DNA of 64,000 nt from Octopus vulgaris (taxonomy: Eukaryota). The number at the start of each line of letters is the position of its first letter. The stretch's first letter is position 1. The notes beneath the pieces were generated by a model. The model made no database searches and had not been told where the DNA came from. It saw nothing but the letters and a program-made list of their open reading frames with translations. The DNA is taken from assembly GCA_951406725.2 (NCBI GenBank), contig OX597837.1:18414001-18478000 (forward strand), written 5' to 3'. Below are positions 28,161 to 41,340 of the stretch, in pieces. The position numbers were made by a program, and so were the translations under genes.

Positions 28161-29100
28161 TTAACCCTTTTCAAATTTTGGACATAAATTTACTTATGCA
28201 ATGTACATGCTTTAAGTTGATCAATGTAATTATACGCTACCTAACTGAGAACCTGTTGCCTGAGTTAGTACCAGTCCACCTGCCAGCTGAAAGGCCAATT
28301 AGATGTTTCATGTAAATATTTACAACCCAATAGGTTGGTCCTGCCATTCTGTCTCTGTCAACTTCATCGTTGCATCTTGTTTCATTGAATTTACAGTCAT
28401 CGAGTTCTACCACTCTGGCTCTGTCAACTGTGTCATCACGTCCTGTTTTGTCGAATTTACGGTCATCACACCAAGCTCCACCAAGCTCCACCAAGCTCCA
28501 CCACCTCACCAGGTGCTTCTTTGGTTTGGATGATGACTTGGAGAGTGTGTATTTTCCTAGTTCAGAATTAGATGATTCTGATAGCAATGATGATACTCTG
28601 GTGAATCAAAGGTAGAGGCAGGCATTAATGAATGGACCTGGACAAGAGAATGTCATGTGGCAAGTGAGAGAAAATTTCGTCTGATGGCATAAATGGAAGT
28701 TTGCCATTGGAAATCTTCCATGAGTTTTCAACAGATTAAATGTTCCAACATAAAGTGAATGAAATGAATGACTATGCTGTCAGACCCGGACATGGCAGTG
28801 ATTGGTTTTCAACCACAGGGGACAAAATCAAAGTTCTGCTTGCACTGCTGATACTGATGGGCATGGTGAAGAAACTGGTCTTGGCATCATCTTGGAATTG
28901 GGATCCAGCCATGTTGACACCAGAAACGATGTCCTATGATCAATTTTTTGGCACTTGTTTGAAATCTACATTTCAACAAGTGTGTGTTGATAACTGTGAA
29001 GAAAATGGCTTTCATTCATGTTGTACAACGATTGTGGTCTATCTACCAAAGTTTATACATGAAGCTGTGATGAGATGTCAGGTAACCTTTCTTTAGTTAC
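28161..29100 (+). mobile_element. piggyBac (PGBD4-like) remnant, 5' part
   Basis: Begins TTAA|CCC; acidic N-terminus; IKVLLALLILMGMVKK..LASSWNWDP, also present in the 53.6-54.4 kb copy. Confidence 0.7.
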
Positions 29101-29564
29101 CCAACCATATGCATTATATATACAGTAAAATATTAGGATCCAAACAAATATATCAATTAAGAGGTCCTTGTTTTGCAAGTTACTTGGAGATCCTGCTGAT
29201 GCTGGTGCCACCTTAAAAGTAACTGTGCCACTGATCTTGATAAAAATACAATTTTAATAGAAGTTAAGTATTTCTTGGTTCTCTATAATCTTCTTACAAT
29301 TTCAAATTAACAGTGGAATTTCCACATGTACATGTTCATACAAATAATTCAAGTTTAGGGTAGAACTCTTTTTAGAGAATCATGTCAAATGAATAGAGAA
29401 AGAGTGAGAAGAAAAGGAAGAGAAAAAGAGAGGAGAGAGAAAGAAAGGGAGATTGAGAGGAGAAAATGAAAGGAATACCAGCTGATCTGAGGAAAGAGGA
29501 GGAGGTAATGATAGCTAAATGTTATACAGACATACACACAACCACAATTTACATAAACACATAC

Positions 29565-29596
<32 letters not shown>

Positions 29597-32500
29597 AAGA
29601 CACAGAAATCTAAATTTATCAATTCCACCACTACTACTGGATGCTGTTTTTCTGCTACTCTGCTTTTAGTACTACATACATCTATAAGAGAAGCTTTCTC
29701 AAGAGGAATTCAACAGTTTTATGGCTTTCTACAGTATATCCATGTAACACACACACACACATGATATAACAAAACAGGAAAATGGAAATATTTTGGTATT
29801 ATTTATTCTCCATGTGTTTTTTAAATATCCCCCCCTCCACCGTCTGACAAATTTCTAATAGGAAATTCCTTACATGTCTATGTAACATGTAAAACTCTGT
29901 AACTCCTAATGGAGGGTAAATAATACCAAAATATTTCCATTTTCTTGTTTGTTATACAATAATTCTGAAAATAATATTTCCATAATTCCCAATTTTAATG
30001 TGTACTTTCATTAACATACAGCAGTAACTATGGATACCTATTGATTGTAATAAAAGAATGAGTTGATGAGCTTCAAGATGAAACAGCTGGGATTTTCCCT
30101 AACTACCTATATAATATATGTATGTATAATATATGTATGTATGTATGTATAATATATGTATGTATGTATGTTATGTATCATCATCATCATTATTTAACAT
30201 CCGTTTTCCATGTTGGCAAGGGTTGGACAGTTTGACTGAAAGCTGGTCAGTTGGGAGGCTGCACCAGGTTCCAATCTTAATTGGCATGGTTTCTTCGGTT
30301 GGATGCCCTTCCTAATGCCAACCACTCTAAGAGTGTAGTGACTGCTTTTTACGTGTCACCAGCATGGCTGCCAGTTATGAAACACTGACATCAGCCATGA
30401 CTACAATTTCACTTAGTTTGACAGGTTTTCTCAGGTACATTATATTACCAAAAGGTTTTGGTCACTCAACATTGCCTCCACGAGGTCCAGGGACCAAAAC
30501 GGTGCTTTTTACGTGCCACCAGCATGTGTGTAAGTTATATGACACTGGCATTGGCCACAACTATGATTTCACTTGGCTTGACAGGTCTTTTAATGCAGAT
30601 GGTCAAAGGTTTCAGTCACTTGTCATTACCTCTGTGAGGACCAATGTTTGAAGATCATGCTTCATCACCTTGCCCAATGTTTTCCTGGGTCTACCTTTCC
30701 ACAGGTTCCCGCCACCATTAGAATTCAGCACTTCACACAGCTGTCCTTGTCCATACACATCACATGACTATGCCAGTGCAGTCGTCTCTCTTGCACACCA
30801 CATCTGATGCCTCTTATGCCTAACTTTTCTCTCAAGATGCTTACACTCTGTTTTGCATGCATGCTGACATTGCACATCCAGTGAAGCATACTAGCTTCAT
30901 TTCTGTCTGTCTATCTGACTGCATGTATGTATACACACACAGACTGAAAGAGAGAAAAAGCTTCTAAGGAGTGATACATGTTTTGTCCTTTTTGAAAGAA
31001 ATAATTGGAGGGTTTGGAATGATGGAAGTAGTTAGAGGGCCAGAGGGAAAAAAAAATGAAGTAGCAAAGGTCAGATAGATGAAAGTTTGTGGAAAATGAT
31101 GTCTTCAGGAGTCTGCATTTCTTTACTGTTTGAATTAGTTGCACACACACACACACACACAGAGTAAGTACCAGTACCTGTTAAGCACCGGGGTTGATGT
31201 AACTGATTTAACTACTCCTGGGTATGAGTATAAAAACTGCATCTCTCTGCCAACTGAGCCAGTGTCGCAGAGTAGGCTCATCCAACCAGTATCATGTCAA
31301 GCTATTCTCTGATGGGGAGAACATGCTGTGGTTTTAGTCCTGCAGTGGATTGAACGTGGGTAATCCAATCCAATATATATACATACACCAGAGTGAAACA
31401 AGGTGGAAGAAATAGTACTCGAATACTGGAGGTAGAGTAATATGCTTTATTAATAAAGCTGCAAAAACATCACAAAAACTGTTACTCAGAGTTTTATGTT
31501 CCTGTTTGTGAAATAAAAAACCTTATAGGTGACATTTTGTACTAATTTATAATTATATAAATAATTATATTAATGGGTGCGGATTGACCACATCAGTACG
31601 CTAGAAAAAGGCACCAAATCACTCTCAATACCACCTCAATACTCCATTAGCTTGGGTTGTAAGTGGGCAGATGAAAAATAAATAATATTTTTTTATCAAT
31701 TGTAAATCGATTTCAAACTTAATGTCATAAAATACCTTGTTATCTTCAGTACAATATGTCAAAGTATATATATGCAAATATCTATACATAGCCATGGTAT
31801 TCGTATGGGAACATTGTGCACTCTAGGACTAACTTATATTTTGCATTTTTGGCTCCATTAGTGGCTAATGAGCCCTGCTCTTGACAAGCATATACGACTG
31901 AAAATATTGCAAACCAAGCTTTCCCCATTCATTACACCAGCAGTACGCTTTCAAACAACACGTTTAAGTTCTTCATGCAGAATACATGCTTTTTCAAAAG
32001 TGTTGACTTACTCCTTAACCTGCTTCCTCCATGGCTCTGTGGAACCACAAAGTTCTAGGTTCAGTCTTATTGCATGGCAGTTTGAGCAAGTGTCTTCTAA
32101 TATACTCTCAGGCTGACTAAAGCTTTGTGAATGGATTTGGTAGATGGAAATTGAAAGAAGCTTTAAGGATATCACTAAAGGCCTGGTTGGAGGTCTAACC
32201 TTCTGAGTTCTTTAACAGTGCTTAGAAAAACTGCTGCAATAAGTCTGTGAATTTGAGAGGGAAATATGAGTGAAAGCATAATTAACTGATCCTTCTGTAT
32301 TTCCTTTCACCCAAAGCCAGGAACTTTTCAGCACCCCCTTGTATATGTGTATGTGTGTGTCTGTCCCACACTACTACTTAAGTAATAGTGTTGGTGTGTT
32401 TATGTCCCTGTAATTTAGTGATTTGGCAAAAGAGACCAACAGAATAAGTGCCAAGCTTATAAAAAAATAAGTACTGGCATCAATTTGACTAAAATTCTTC

Positions 32501-33781
32501 AAGGTGGTGCCCCAGCATGGCTGCAGTCTAATGATAGTAACAAGTAAAAGAAAGATATGCATGAAAGTTGATGTTGTTGTATAGAGAAAATTATGAAACT
32601 GCAACCACATAGAAATATTGAATCTTCATTTGCCTCTCACATCTGATTGTTATATACTCCTTGTAGAAATATTGATATCAAATTCTGGCACAAGGCCAGC
32701 AATTTCAGGGGAGTGGGTAAGTCAATTACTGACATTTATTTTATCAGCTCCGAAAGGGCGAAAAGCAAAGTTGACTTTGGTGGAATTTGAACTCAGAATG
32801 TAAAGATGGATGAAATGCCACTAAGCATCTTGCTCAGTGCAGTAACAATTCTGCCAGCTCGCTGCCTTTATTCTTTGTAGAAATATTAGGTTGTATATCC
32901 TGGATTTTCAAATGCATGGGCACGTTAGATTACATCACAATTCCAGATAGCCAGTTGAAGCATTTACTATAAGTTCTGTTTGATTCTCCAAATCCAACTT
33001 AGCTACAACATGGATTTCTTCCATCTTCTTGCTCTGTTAAAGTATTTCAGAAAAATTATATTAATGTGTCCAACTGATTAAAATTCTATTTATTTGTGCA
33101 GCTGATGATAGCTCTGCATTTAAATTGATGTAATGATTGCATTGTTCAATTAAATGGTTCGCTTGAAACGGTCATACTGCATCACTTCTTGGTATCCTGT
33201 TGCTTATTTTGATTTATATATATATATATATATATATACACTTATACTAGCAGAGATACCTGCCATTGCACATGTCACATGGAATTGAAGACTTAGACTT
33301 TTATTTTATATTTTCTCTAATGCATAGGAATATCTATGATTTGAATTGCATCAAATTTGGAGATTAAGAATTTTAATGGGATTTCTCTCCGTCTTTACAC
33401 ACCCTAATAAAATTTCTAATCATAACATTTATCCAGTACTACTTAACTTTATGCCCAGATTAACCAAATACAAATCTTATAAAACCTGTTCAATGGTCTT
33501 TGTTCCTGAAAAATGGAGCACATGGAGCTCTAAAATGTGGGAGTCAACCAGGGAAGTTGAATTGTTGGGAATCTTTTTTAACTTGTGTCTTATATCCATT
33601 GTTCAAATTTCTTTGAAATCAGAAATATATGAATGTTCACTGGGTTTGTAAAAAGAGAGCAAAGCTAGAGGAAACCAAAAGATGAATGATCACAATAAGC
33701 AGTCAACCTTCTACATGTGTATATATATATATACACACACACACATATATATATATATATGACAGAGAGAGAGGGGGTATC

Positions 33782-33817
<36 letters not shown>

Positions 33818-33834
33818 GTTATATATGCATATAT

Positions 33835-35330
33835 AGAGGTATCAAATTGTTGGATCAGGTGATGAAAGTCATGGAGAGGGTCATAGCACAACTAATTAGG
33901 GGGAGAGTTAATTTAGATGAGATGCAGTTTGGGTTTGTGTCAGGGAGATGCACCACTGATGCTATATTTTTGGTAAGACAGCTGCAGGAAAAATTCCTAG
34001 CCAAAGATAAACCTCTGTACTTGGATTTTGTTGACATGGAGAAAGCCTTTGACAGGGGCCCCCAATCCCTTATCTGGTGGTCAATGTGGAAACTAGGGAT
34101 AGATGAGAGGTTAGTGAGAGCTGTACAACCCATGTACAGGAATGCTGACTGTAAGGTGAGGGTTGGCAATGAGTATAGCAAAAAATTCCGGATAGAAGTA
34201 GGGTTTCATCGAGAATCAGTGCTCAGCCCCTATTGTTCATCATAGTCCTCCAGACAATAACAGAGGAATTCAAAACAGGTTGCCCTGGTAACTACTCTAC
34301 ACTGATGACCTTGCTCTAATAGCTGAGTCACTACCAGAACTAGAGAAGAAGTTTCAGGTGTGGAAACAAGGCCTAGATTCGAAGGGCCTTAGGATTAACC
34401 TAGCAAAAACTAAAGTTTTGTTAAGTAGGAAGGCAGACGAGTCATAAATCCCTTCAGGTAGATGGCCCTGCTCAATCTGTAGAAAAGGCGTAGGTAAAAA
34501 CTCTATAAGATGTACCTGGTGTAAGCGCTCAAAGGAAGGTTAACCGGGAAGATAGTTTTTTTCTGTGGAAGATGCACAGGTGCAATAAACATTGAAAATG
34601 TGCAGAAAACAGATTCCATCACATGCCAGGGGGAAAAACTAGAAATTGTTGATAGCTTCCATTACCTAGGTGATCAAGTCAGTAGTTGGGGTGGACACTC
34701 TGAGAGCGTAGCTGCTAGAATAAGAATAGCCTGGGCAAAGTTTAGAGAGCTCTTACATCTGCTGGTAACAAAGGGCCTCCTTGTTCAGAGTGAAATGTAG
34801 ACTGTATGATGCCTGTGTGTGAACAGCCATGCTACACAGCAGTGTAACATGGGCTGTGACTGTTGAGGACATGGATAGGCTTGAAAGAAATGAAGCTAGT
34901 ATGCTTCACTGGATGTGCAGTGTCAGTGTGCATACATGACAGAGTGCAAGCGCCCCGAGAAAAAAGTTGAACATAAGAAGCTTCAAATGTTGTGTGCAAG
35001 AGAGATAACTGCACTGATATGGTCGTGTTATGTATTGATGAGGACAACTGTGTGAGGAAGTGTCACACCCTAACTGTGGAAGGAACCTGTAGAAGAGGTA
35101 GACCCAGGAAGATATGGGATGAGGTGGTGAAGCATGATCTTCGAACATTGAGACTCACAGAGTCAATGACAGGAGACTGGGACCTTTGGAGAGATGCTGT
35201 GATTGAGAAGACCCAGCAACTAAAGTGAGATCGCAGCCATGGCCAATACTAGTGTTGCATGTCCAGCCCATTTAAGAGTACCCTTGATGTGTCAGGCGAT
35301 ATAATATACTTGAGAAGACCTGTTGTATCA
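33835..35330 (+). mobile_element. RTE-clade LINE, RT and 3' part, degenerate
   Basis: EMQFGFVSGR.TTDAIF.VRQLQEK, FVDMEKAFDR, VDSFHYLG, RRGRPRKIW; followed by an RTE-type 3' tail ending in (GAT)n near 35800. Confidence 0.9.
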
Positions 35331-35804
35331 AGTAAAACCAAAATCATAGCTGTGGCCAATGCCCCCTCACTGGCTCCCATTCCGGTAGCACATAAAAAGC
35401 ATCATCTGAACGTGGTCGCTGCCAGGTCTGGCTGAGTAGCTCCCATGTTGGTGGCACGTAAAAAGCACCATCCAGTACCCCCTAATTGGTTCCCATGCTG
35501 GTGGCTCGTAAAAAGCACCATCCAGTACCCCCTAATTGGTTCCCATGCTGGTGGCTCGTAAAAAGCACAATCAGAACATGATAAATGCCAGGACTGCCTG
35601 ATTGGCTCCTGTGCCAGTGGAATGTAAAAAGCACCCACTACACCCTCGGGCTTGTTGGCGTTAGGAAGGGCATCCAGCTGTAGAAACTCTGCCAGATCAG
35701 ATTGGAGCCTGGTGCAGCTGCTGGCTCTCCAGACCTCAGTCAAACCATCTAACCCATGCCAGCATGGAAAACGGTTCTTAAAGATGATGATGATGATGAT
35801 GATG

Positions 35805-35835
<31 letters not shown>

Positions 35836-36427
35836 CATACATATATATGTTATATTACAGGAACAAGTATCTCATGTCATTTAGAGTAGTTTAATTTAGG
35901 TAATGTGAATTTGAAGTTTTACAGCCATTTCTGGAATAACCCAAGCAGTATGTTAGTATGTCCACGCACAGAGTATTCCATCATCAGAGACAAGGTATGA
36001 ATATTTTAGACAGGGAAAATTTACAGTTTACAAGAAATAAAATTCACAGTTTATAAGGAATAAAATAGAAGAATAAAGAGTAAAGGTAGGTAGAAGAATA
36101 TAGGCAAGAGAATAATGTTCATAATTCATCTTTTTCCAGAGGATATAGATATGTGTGGACATACTAACCTACACTTGGGTTATCCCAGAAATGGCTGTAA
36201 GACTTCAAATTCACCTTACCCTAATTAAATTATTCTAAATGATTTGAGATACTCATTCTGCTTTGGTCTTGATTTTTTCCTGTAATATATATCTGCTATT
36301 ATGGAACTCTAATATGGATCCCTAGATCCAGCCTTAGCTGTGATCTTGGAACCTAATGGTCGACCAACCATAGCATTTACTCAGCGTACCTATTTGTTTA
36401 GATCACAATTGAACTAAAACCCCTTAT

Positions 36428-36431
<4 letters not shown>

Positions 36432-36499
<68 letters not shown>

Positions 36500-36515
36500 T
36501 ATATATATATATATA
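36432..36515. repeat. (TA)n microsatellite
   Basis: Seen directly. Confidence 0.95.
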
Positions 36516-36611
36516 TTCATGTTTATATGCACACATATACACTATATATATATGTATGCTATTATATATATATGTGTGTGTGTGGTGTGTATACTACATA
36601 TATATTATATA

Positions 36612-37474
36612 TACAAAGTGTTTGGGCTAAATTCGACAATTTGGATGAAAAGAAAAGAAAACACAATATCTCATGCAGAAATAAAAATATTTTTAAAAAA
36701 GTCAAAAAACATCTCAAGTAGATTTTGGCAGGGAGATAACAGTTTAGTCAGAGTAGTTGCCCACAGCTTTCATCATGGTCTCAAGACAGCTCTGGAAGCT
36801 GGCACATGCATTCCTCACTGTCTTCCAGGGAAGATTATCAAACACTTCCTTGATATTCACGACCAGTTTGCCTTTGGTGTTGCAGGCAGAGTGGTTGGTG
36901 TCTTTTCCAGCCATGCCCCACACATAGTAATCCATTGGTTTATAGTCGGGGGAATTAGGAGGACAGAAATTGGGGCTGGCGAAGTTGTAGAAATTCTCTG
37001 ACAACCACTTCTGACTCTTTACAGAAATATGGCAAGGAATCAAATCTTGTTGTCACACATGCTATCCAGCAGCAACCTTCTTCAACCAGGGTTGAACTAG
37101 TCTCCAGCAGCATCACAAAGTGCCTGAATTGAGCATAAGGCCCAGTTCAATTATGTGGGGGTGGATTCCAGCATTACGGATGCAGTCAGAGTGCTTGCTA
37201 TGTCCCTCACTGCCAGTCACAGCTTCATAGTCTCCATTGCAGCTGTCCATGCAGCAGTCGTGATGTCAATATTTTAATACTAGGCAGGAATCATTGATAC
37301 AGGTAACTCTTTTCCAATATTTAGATGATTTTCTGTCCTCCATGTCAGCCAACTTTTTCTAAACTACAACTTCAGTCTTTATGTTCTCCAATGCCATTGA
37401 CTGTGTACCAATATATCAATCTGTTATTGAAAAAAGGAGACAAAATTTCATCAAATTTAGCCCGAACACCCTGT
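36612..37474 (-). mobile_element. Internally deleted Tc1/mariner-superfamily element
   Basis: Inverted termini (CAAAGTGTTTGGGCTAAATT / AATTTAGCCCGAACACCCTG); transposase C-terminus PPNSPDYKPMDYYVWG. Confidence 0.8.
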
Positions 37475-38749
37475 GAGTTGGGCTAAAAAGTTCATAAGCT
37501 GACTATGAAAGAGTGATTCTAGAGCTGTGAAATCTTGTATGCATTAATTTCTACTCCTCTTATTAATAACTGCACTGTTTCTTTTCAGGTAAATTGACAT
37601 CTGACTGTTCAAAGAACATTTCAAAGTAACTAGTAGTGATTTCTCTTGAAAATTGACAAAATTCGTTATCATGATGTTATCAAGTATCTTCAGAAAAGGG
37701 TTTAGCCCCCAATGACTTTCATGCTGACATGGTTGCTATACTAGGGGATGATGCTCCAGCTTTATCAACAGTACAAAAGTGGGCAGCTGATTTCATAAGG
37801 GAAAGGGAGAGTCTTGAAGATAACCCAAAGTCTAGATGTCCTGCAGCTGCCATCACTGAGGAAAACATTGATCATGTTCACCACATGCTGATGGACAACA
37901 GGTGAATGACTATAAATTAAATAGGTAAAGCTATTAGTATATCCTGTGAGAGATTTGAGAATATACTGCACAATGAACTTGGCATGGAGAAGGATTCTGT
38001 TTGGTGGGCACCACATCTTCTGACACCTAATCAAAAGTGCACCAGGCTGATTACATGATCGGGAAAATCTCACCTTGTTTGAGGCAGACCCAGCTGGTTT
38101 CTTTGAACGTTTCCTAAACCAGGATGAGTTTTGGCTTCATCACTTTGTATCAGAGACAAAGAGACAATCCATGCTGTGGAAATATCCCTCCTCACCTGAT
38201 CCAAAGAAGGCTAAGGTCATTTAATCTGCAGATAAGCTGATGGCCTCAGTATTTTTGAATAGGCATTGAGTTTATTGACTATCTTCAAAAGGGCCACACT
38301 ACCAATGGAGAGTACTATGCCAACTTGCTGAGGCAGTTATGAAAGTCTATCAAAACCAAACACCCAGGAAAACTGACAAAAGGGTTGTTGTTTCATCACA
38401 ACAATGCTCCAGCACACAAGTATTTGGTTTCAATGACTGCTGTGCATAGCTGTGGCTTTGAACTGGTTGAGCACCCTCCATATTCTCTTGATTCGACCCC
38501 ATCTGCTTATCTTCTGTTCCCCAACCTAAAAACTCTTGGCTGGGAAGCAGTATTGCAGTGATGACAATGTCATATCTGCTGCTGATGACTTTTTTGATCA
38601 ACAGGATGAAGGCTTCTTGACAAGTGGGATCCAAGCATTGCAACACCAATGGAAGAAGTGTGTGGACTATGTTGCAAAACAAACTTTATTTGTTCACATT
38701 CCATGAGAGTATCTTGGTTAGCCTATGAACTTTTCAGCCAACCCTTGTA
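37475..38749 (+). mobile_element. Near full-length degenerate mariner
   Basis: Termini GTTGGGCTAAAAAGTTCATAAGCT / AGCCTATGAACTTTTCAGCCAACC; broken frames with WAPHLLT, DEFWLHHF, HHNNAPAH and HPPYSLD. Confidence 0.85.
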
Positions 38750-39560
38750 TAAAAAAAATTTTATAAGCTACATATGACTGCATCTGGTAGCAAGACCCTA
38801 ATTTGGGAGTGCCAGTGTTTTAAGGGGTGTGGAATCACCTCTTAGCCACTATTGCTCCCAGGTCTGATCTAACCTGAAGAAGTAGCACCCTGTCAGGGTT
38901 CCAGTTATGAGTTAATTAAAATGTCACAGAATTGCTTTCAGAAGATCACTCACAGTTCCCTAATGAAGCCCTTCAACACTTTAGCTGCTCATCTAAGAGA
39001 GGATAACTCTATGCAATTCTTGCATCCGGATAACAAATGAACTACTAGTGACACCAGACGAATGAGAGTGGAATTGACTCTGCACAAACCATGTCTACTG
39101 TAATAATATTTATCATGCAGGTTGTTCAGCAAACCAAGATAGCAGTATCAACACCAACACCTTCACCATTTCACTCTCTTCACGAGTCGAGTGACGACAG
39201 AGAAAGAGTTAATGAGAACCGGTAGAGGATGCTACTGGAAGCCTTCAGCTTTAATTCTGCACACAGGTGGGCATAGGGTGATGGTTAAGTTAGACAGAAC
39301 AATAGGCGAAACAAAATATATTTTGTTATAGTAATGATTATGAATTAAACATCTATATAATCTAATCTAATTACAAATCTCTCTTTTCCTACACAAAACA
39401 TCACTAATTTTCAGGGGGTCTAATGCTTTACTAAATAATTTTATATACAATTAACTATAAATATTAGGATGGAGGATGATAACGGTTAGAGGATGTGGAA
39501 ATTAGTGTCCTATGACTAGGGGAAGTGCTATATATGCATGTATGTGTGTGCTCAGCTTAC

Positions 39561-39730
39561 CAAAACTTCTGCAAGGCAGCAGCTTGCAAAGGAGATGGCT
39601 GGTCTGGGTAAAGCTGGCTACACGCCGTATCAATTGCCAACAGTCCATCATAATGTGGATCTAAGACATATCTGTTATCCACATTATCTTTCTCAGTATC
39701 CATTTCAGCTGTGTTAGTTCTTTGCTCCAT
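39561..39730 (-). CDS. SUFU: Suppressor of fused, first coding exon
   Basis: Translates MEQRTNTAEM...GLLAIDTACSQLYPDQPSPLQAAALQKFW, matching the SUFU N-terminal motif (GLHAIY..C..LYPDQPNPLQV.A..KYW). Phase-2 donor TG|gtaagc at 39560. The start is uncertain: in-frame ATGs at 39748, 39730 and a later Met. Confidence 0.92.
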
Positions 39731-39859
39731 CTCTCCTACTATAAACATACATATATAATATGTATATATATATACGTATATTCTGTTGTCTTTCTGAGGT
39801 TCGATCTCTCTTTATAAAGGAGGATAAATAGAGATGGAACGTAAGCTTGCTGAAGCTTA

Positions 39860-39905
39860 TTACACACAACACCTTCTCTGCACGTCACTTCCGCTGGCCA
39901 CTGTT
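39860..39905 (-). promoter_or_regulatory. Probable SUFU proximal promoter element
   Basis: CACGTCACTTCCGC (CRE half-site overlapping an ETS-type CGGAAGTG) ~150 bp upstream of the first coding exon, where CpG density rises. Confidence 0.5.
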
Positions 39906-40642
39906 GTTGCTTCATGTATTAGCGTAATAGCGATGATGACGAAGATAATCGTTTCTAATTTAGGCACAAGGCCAAATTTTGGAGAGGGATTTTAGTTGAA
40001 ACTATCGACCACAGTACTAACATTTTATTCTATCAAACCCAAAAGGATGAAAGACAAAGTTGACCCCCAAAGGATTTGAACTCAGAACGTGAAAAGCCGG
40101 AAGAAATATCCCGAGGCATTTTGCCTGACGCTCTAACGCTTCTGCCAATCCTCCAGCCTGAGACGATGATGAAAATAATGACATCATCGTTGGTAACCTG
40201 ACATCATTTCTATTTTCATCGATTCGTTTAAAGAAAACACGCACAAACATAAACCAACGACGGAGCCTCGACCTATTAGAAATAGTAGCCAAAATGAAGG
40301 TGGATATAGAGCTAAACATCGACAAAATAACATATCCGCACTTTTGTTGTATAATAGAGTTCAACTGTTGTGTTTTTACGCTATATTTCGCTTCAGGGCG
40401 ATGTGCAATTACTTCTACATGTATCAATTATTAAAATAAGAAATGTCCTATTGTCAGCGATAATAACACTGCTGGGAGATAAAAACAAAAATCTATCATA
40501 ATGACGTTTCATATCATAAAGCATTTATTTGTTTCACTTTATTCGGATAACCAAGACTACTTTTGCATGTTCCCGGTTTCAGGATTTAAAAAAAATTCTC
40601 AAACCCGCACTCCCTAAAGCGAAATATGTGTGTGTGTATAAA

Positions 40643-40699
<57 letters not shown>

Positions 40700-41036
40700 T
40701 ATATATATACCTTATCTACAAAATTAATCTTGAAATTTTATAGTTATATATGTAATGCGTGGCAGTATGTATGTGTGTGCACGCCCACAATTTTTTTCAC
40801 CTTAAATTTCGATATAATCGGAATTTATACCATCTGAAAGGAGCTTGTTGAAAATTTCATTAAAAAATACCCATTTTTCTGAAAGTTAAGAAGGAACAAA
40901 GTCAGGTGGGTGGGTGGGTGGGCACTTGTGTAGTCATGCTGTATGTTATTCAGTTTATTTCAAGATTTCTTGCCAATAGAGAAAGAACTGGTTTCTAACC
41001 TAGATCCAAGGTTCCTTCATTGGAATTTCAACATCA

Positions 41037-41340
41037 ATGTATGTATGTATGTATGTATGTATGTATGTATGTATGTATGTATGTATGTATGTATGTATGT
41101 ATGTATGCATGCATGCATGCATGCATGTATGTATGCATGCATGCATGCATGCATGCATGCATGTATGTATGCATGTATGCATGTATGTATGTTTGTATGT
41201 ATATATGTATGCATGTATATATGTATGTATGTATGAATGTATGCATGCATGCATGCATGTATGTATGTTTGTATGTATATATGTATGCATGTATATATGT
41301 ATGTATGTATGTGAGTATTTATGTATGTATGTATATGAAT
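41037..41340. repeat. (TATG/CATG)n compound tetranucleotide repeat (also 12712-12825)
   Basis: Seen directly. Confidence 0.95.

Noticed and set aside
35460-35570. 50-bp direct repeats suggestive of a CRISPR-like array
   Set aside because: They are spacerless tandem subrepeats inside an RTE-type tail in a eukaryotic genome, with no cas genes.
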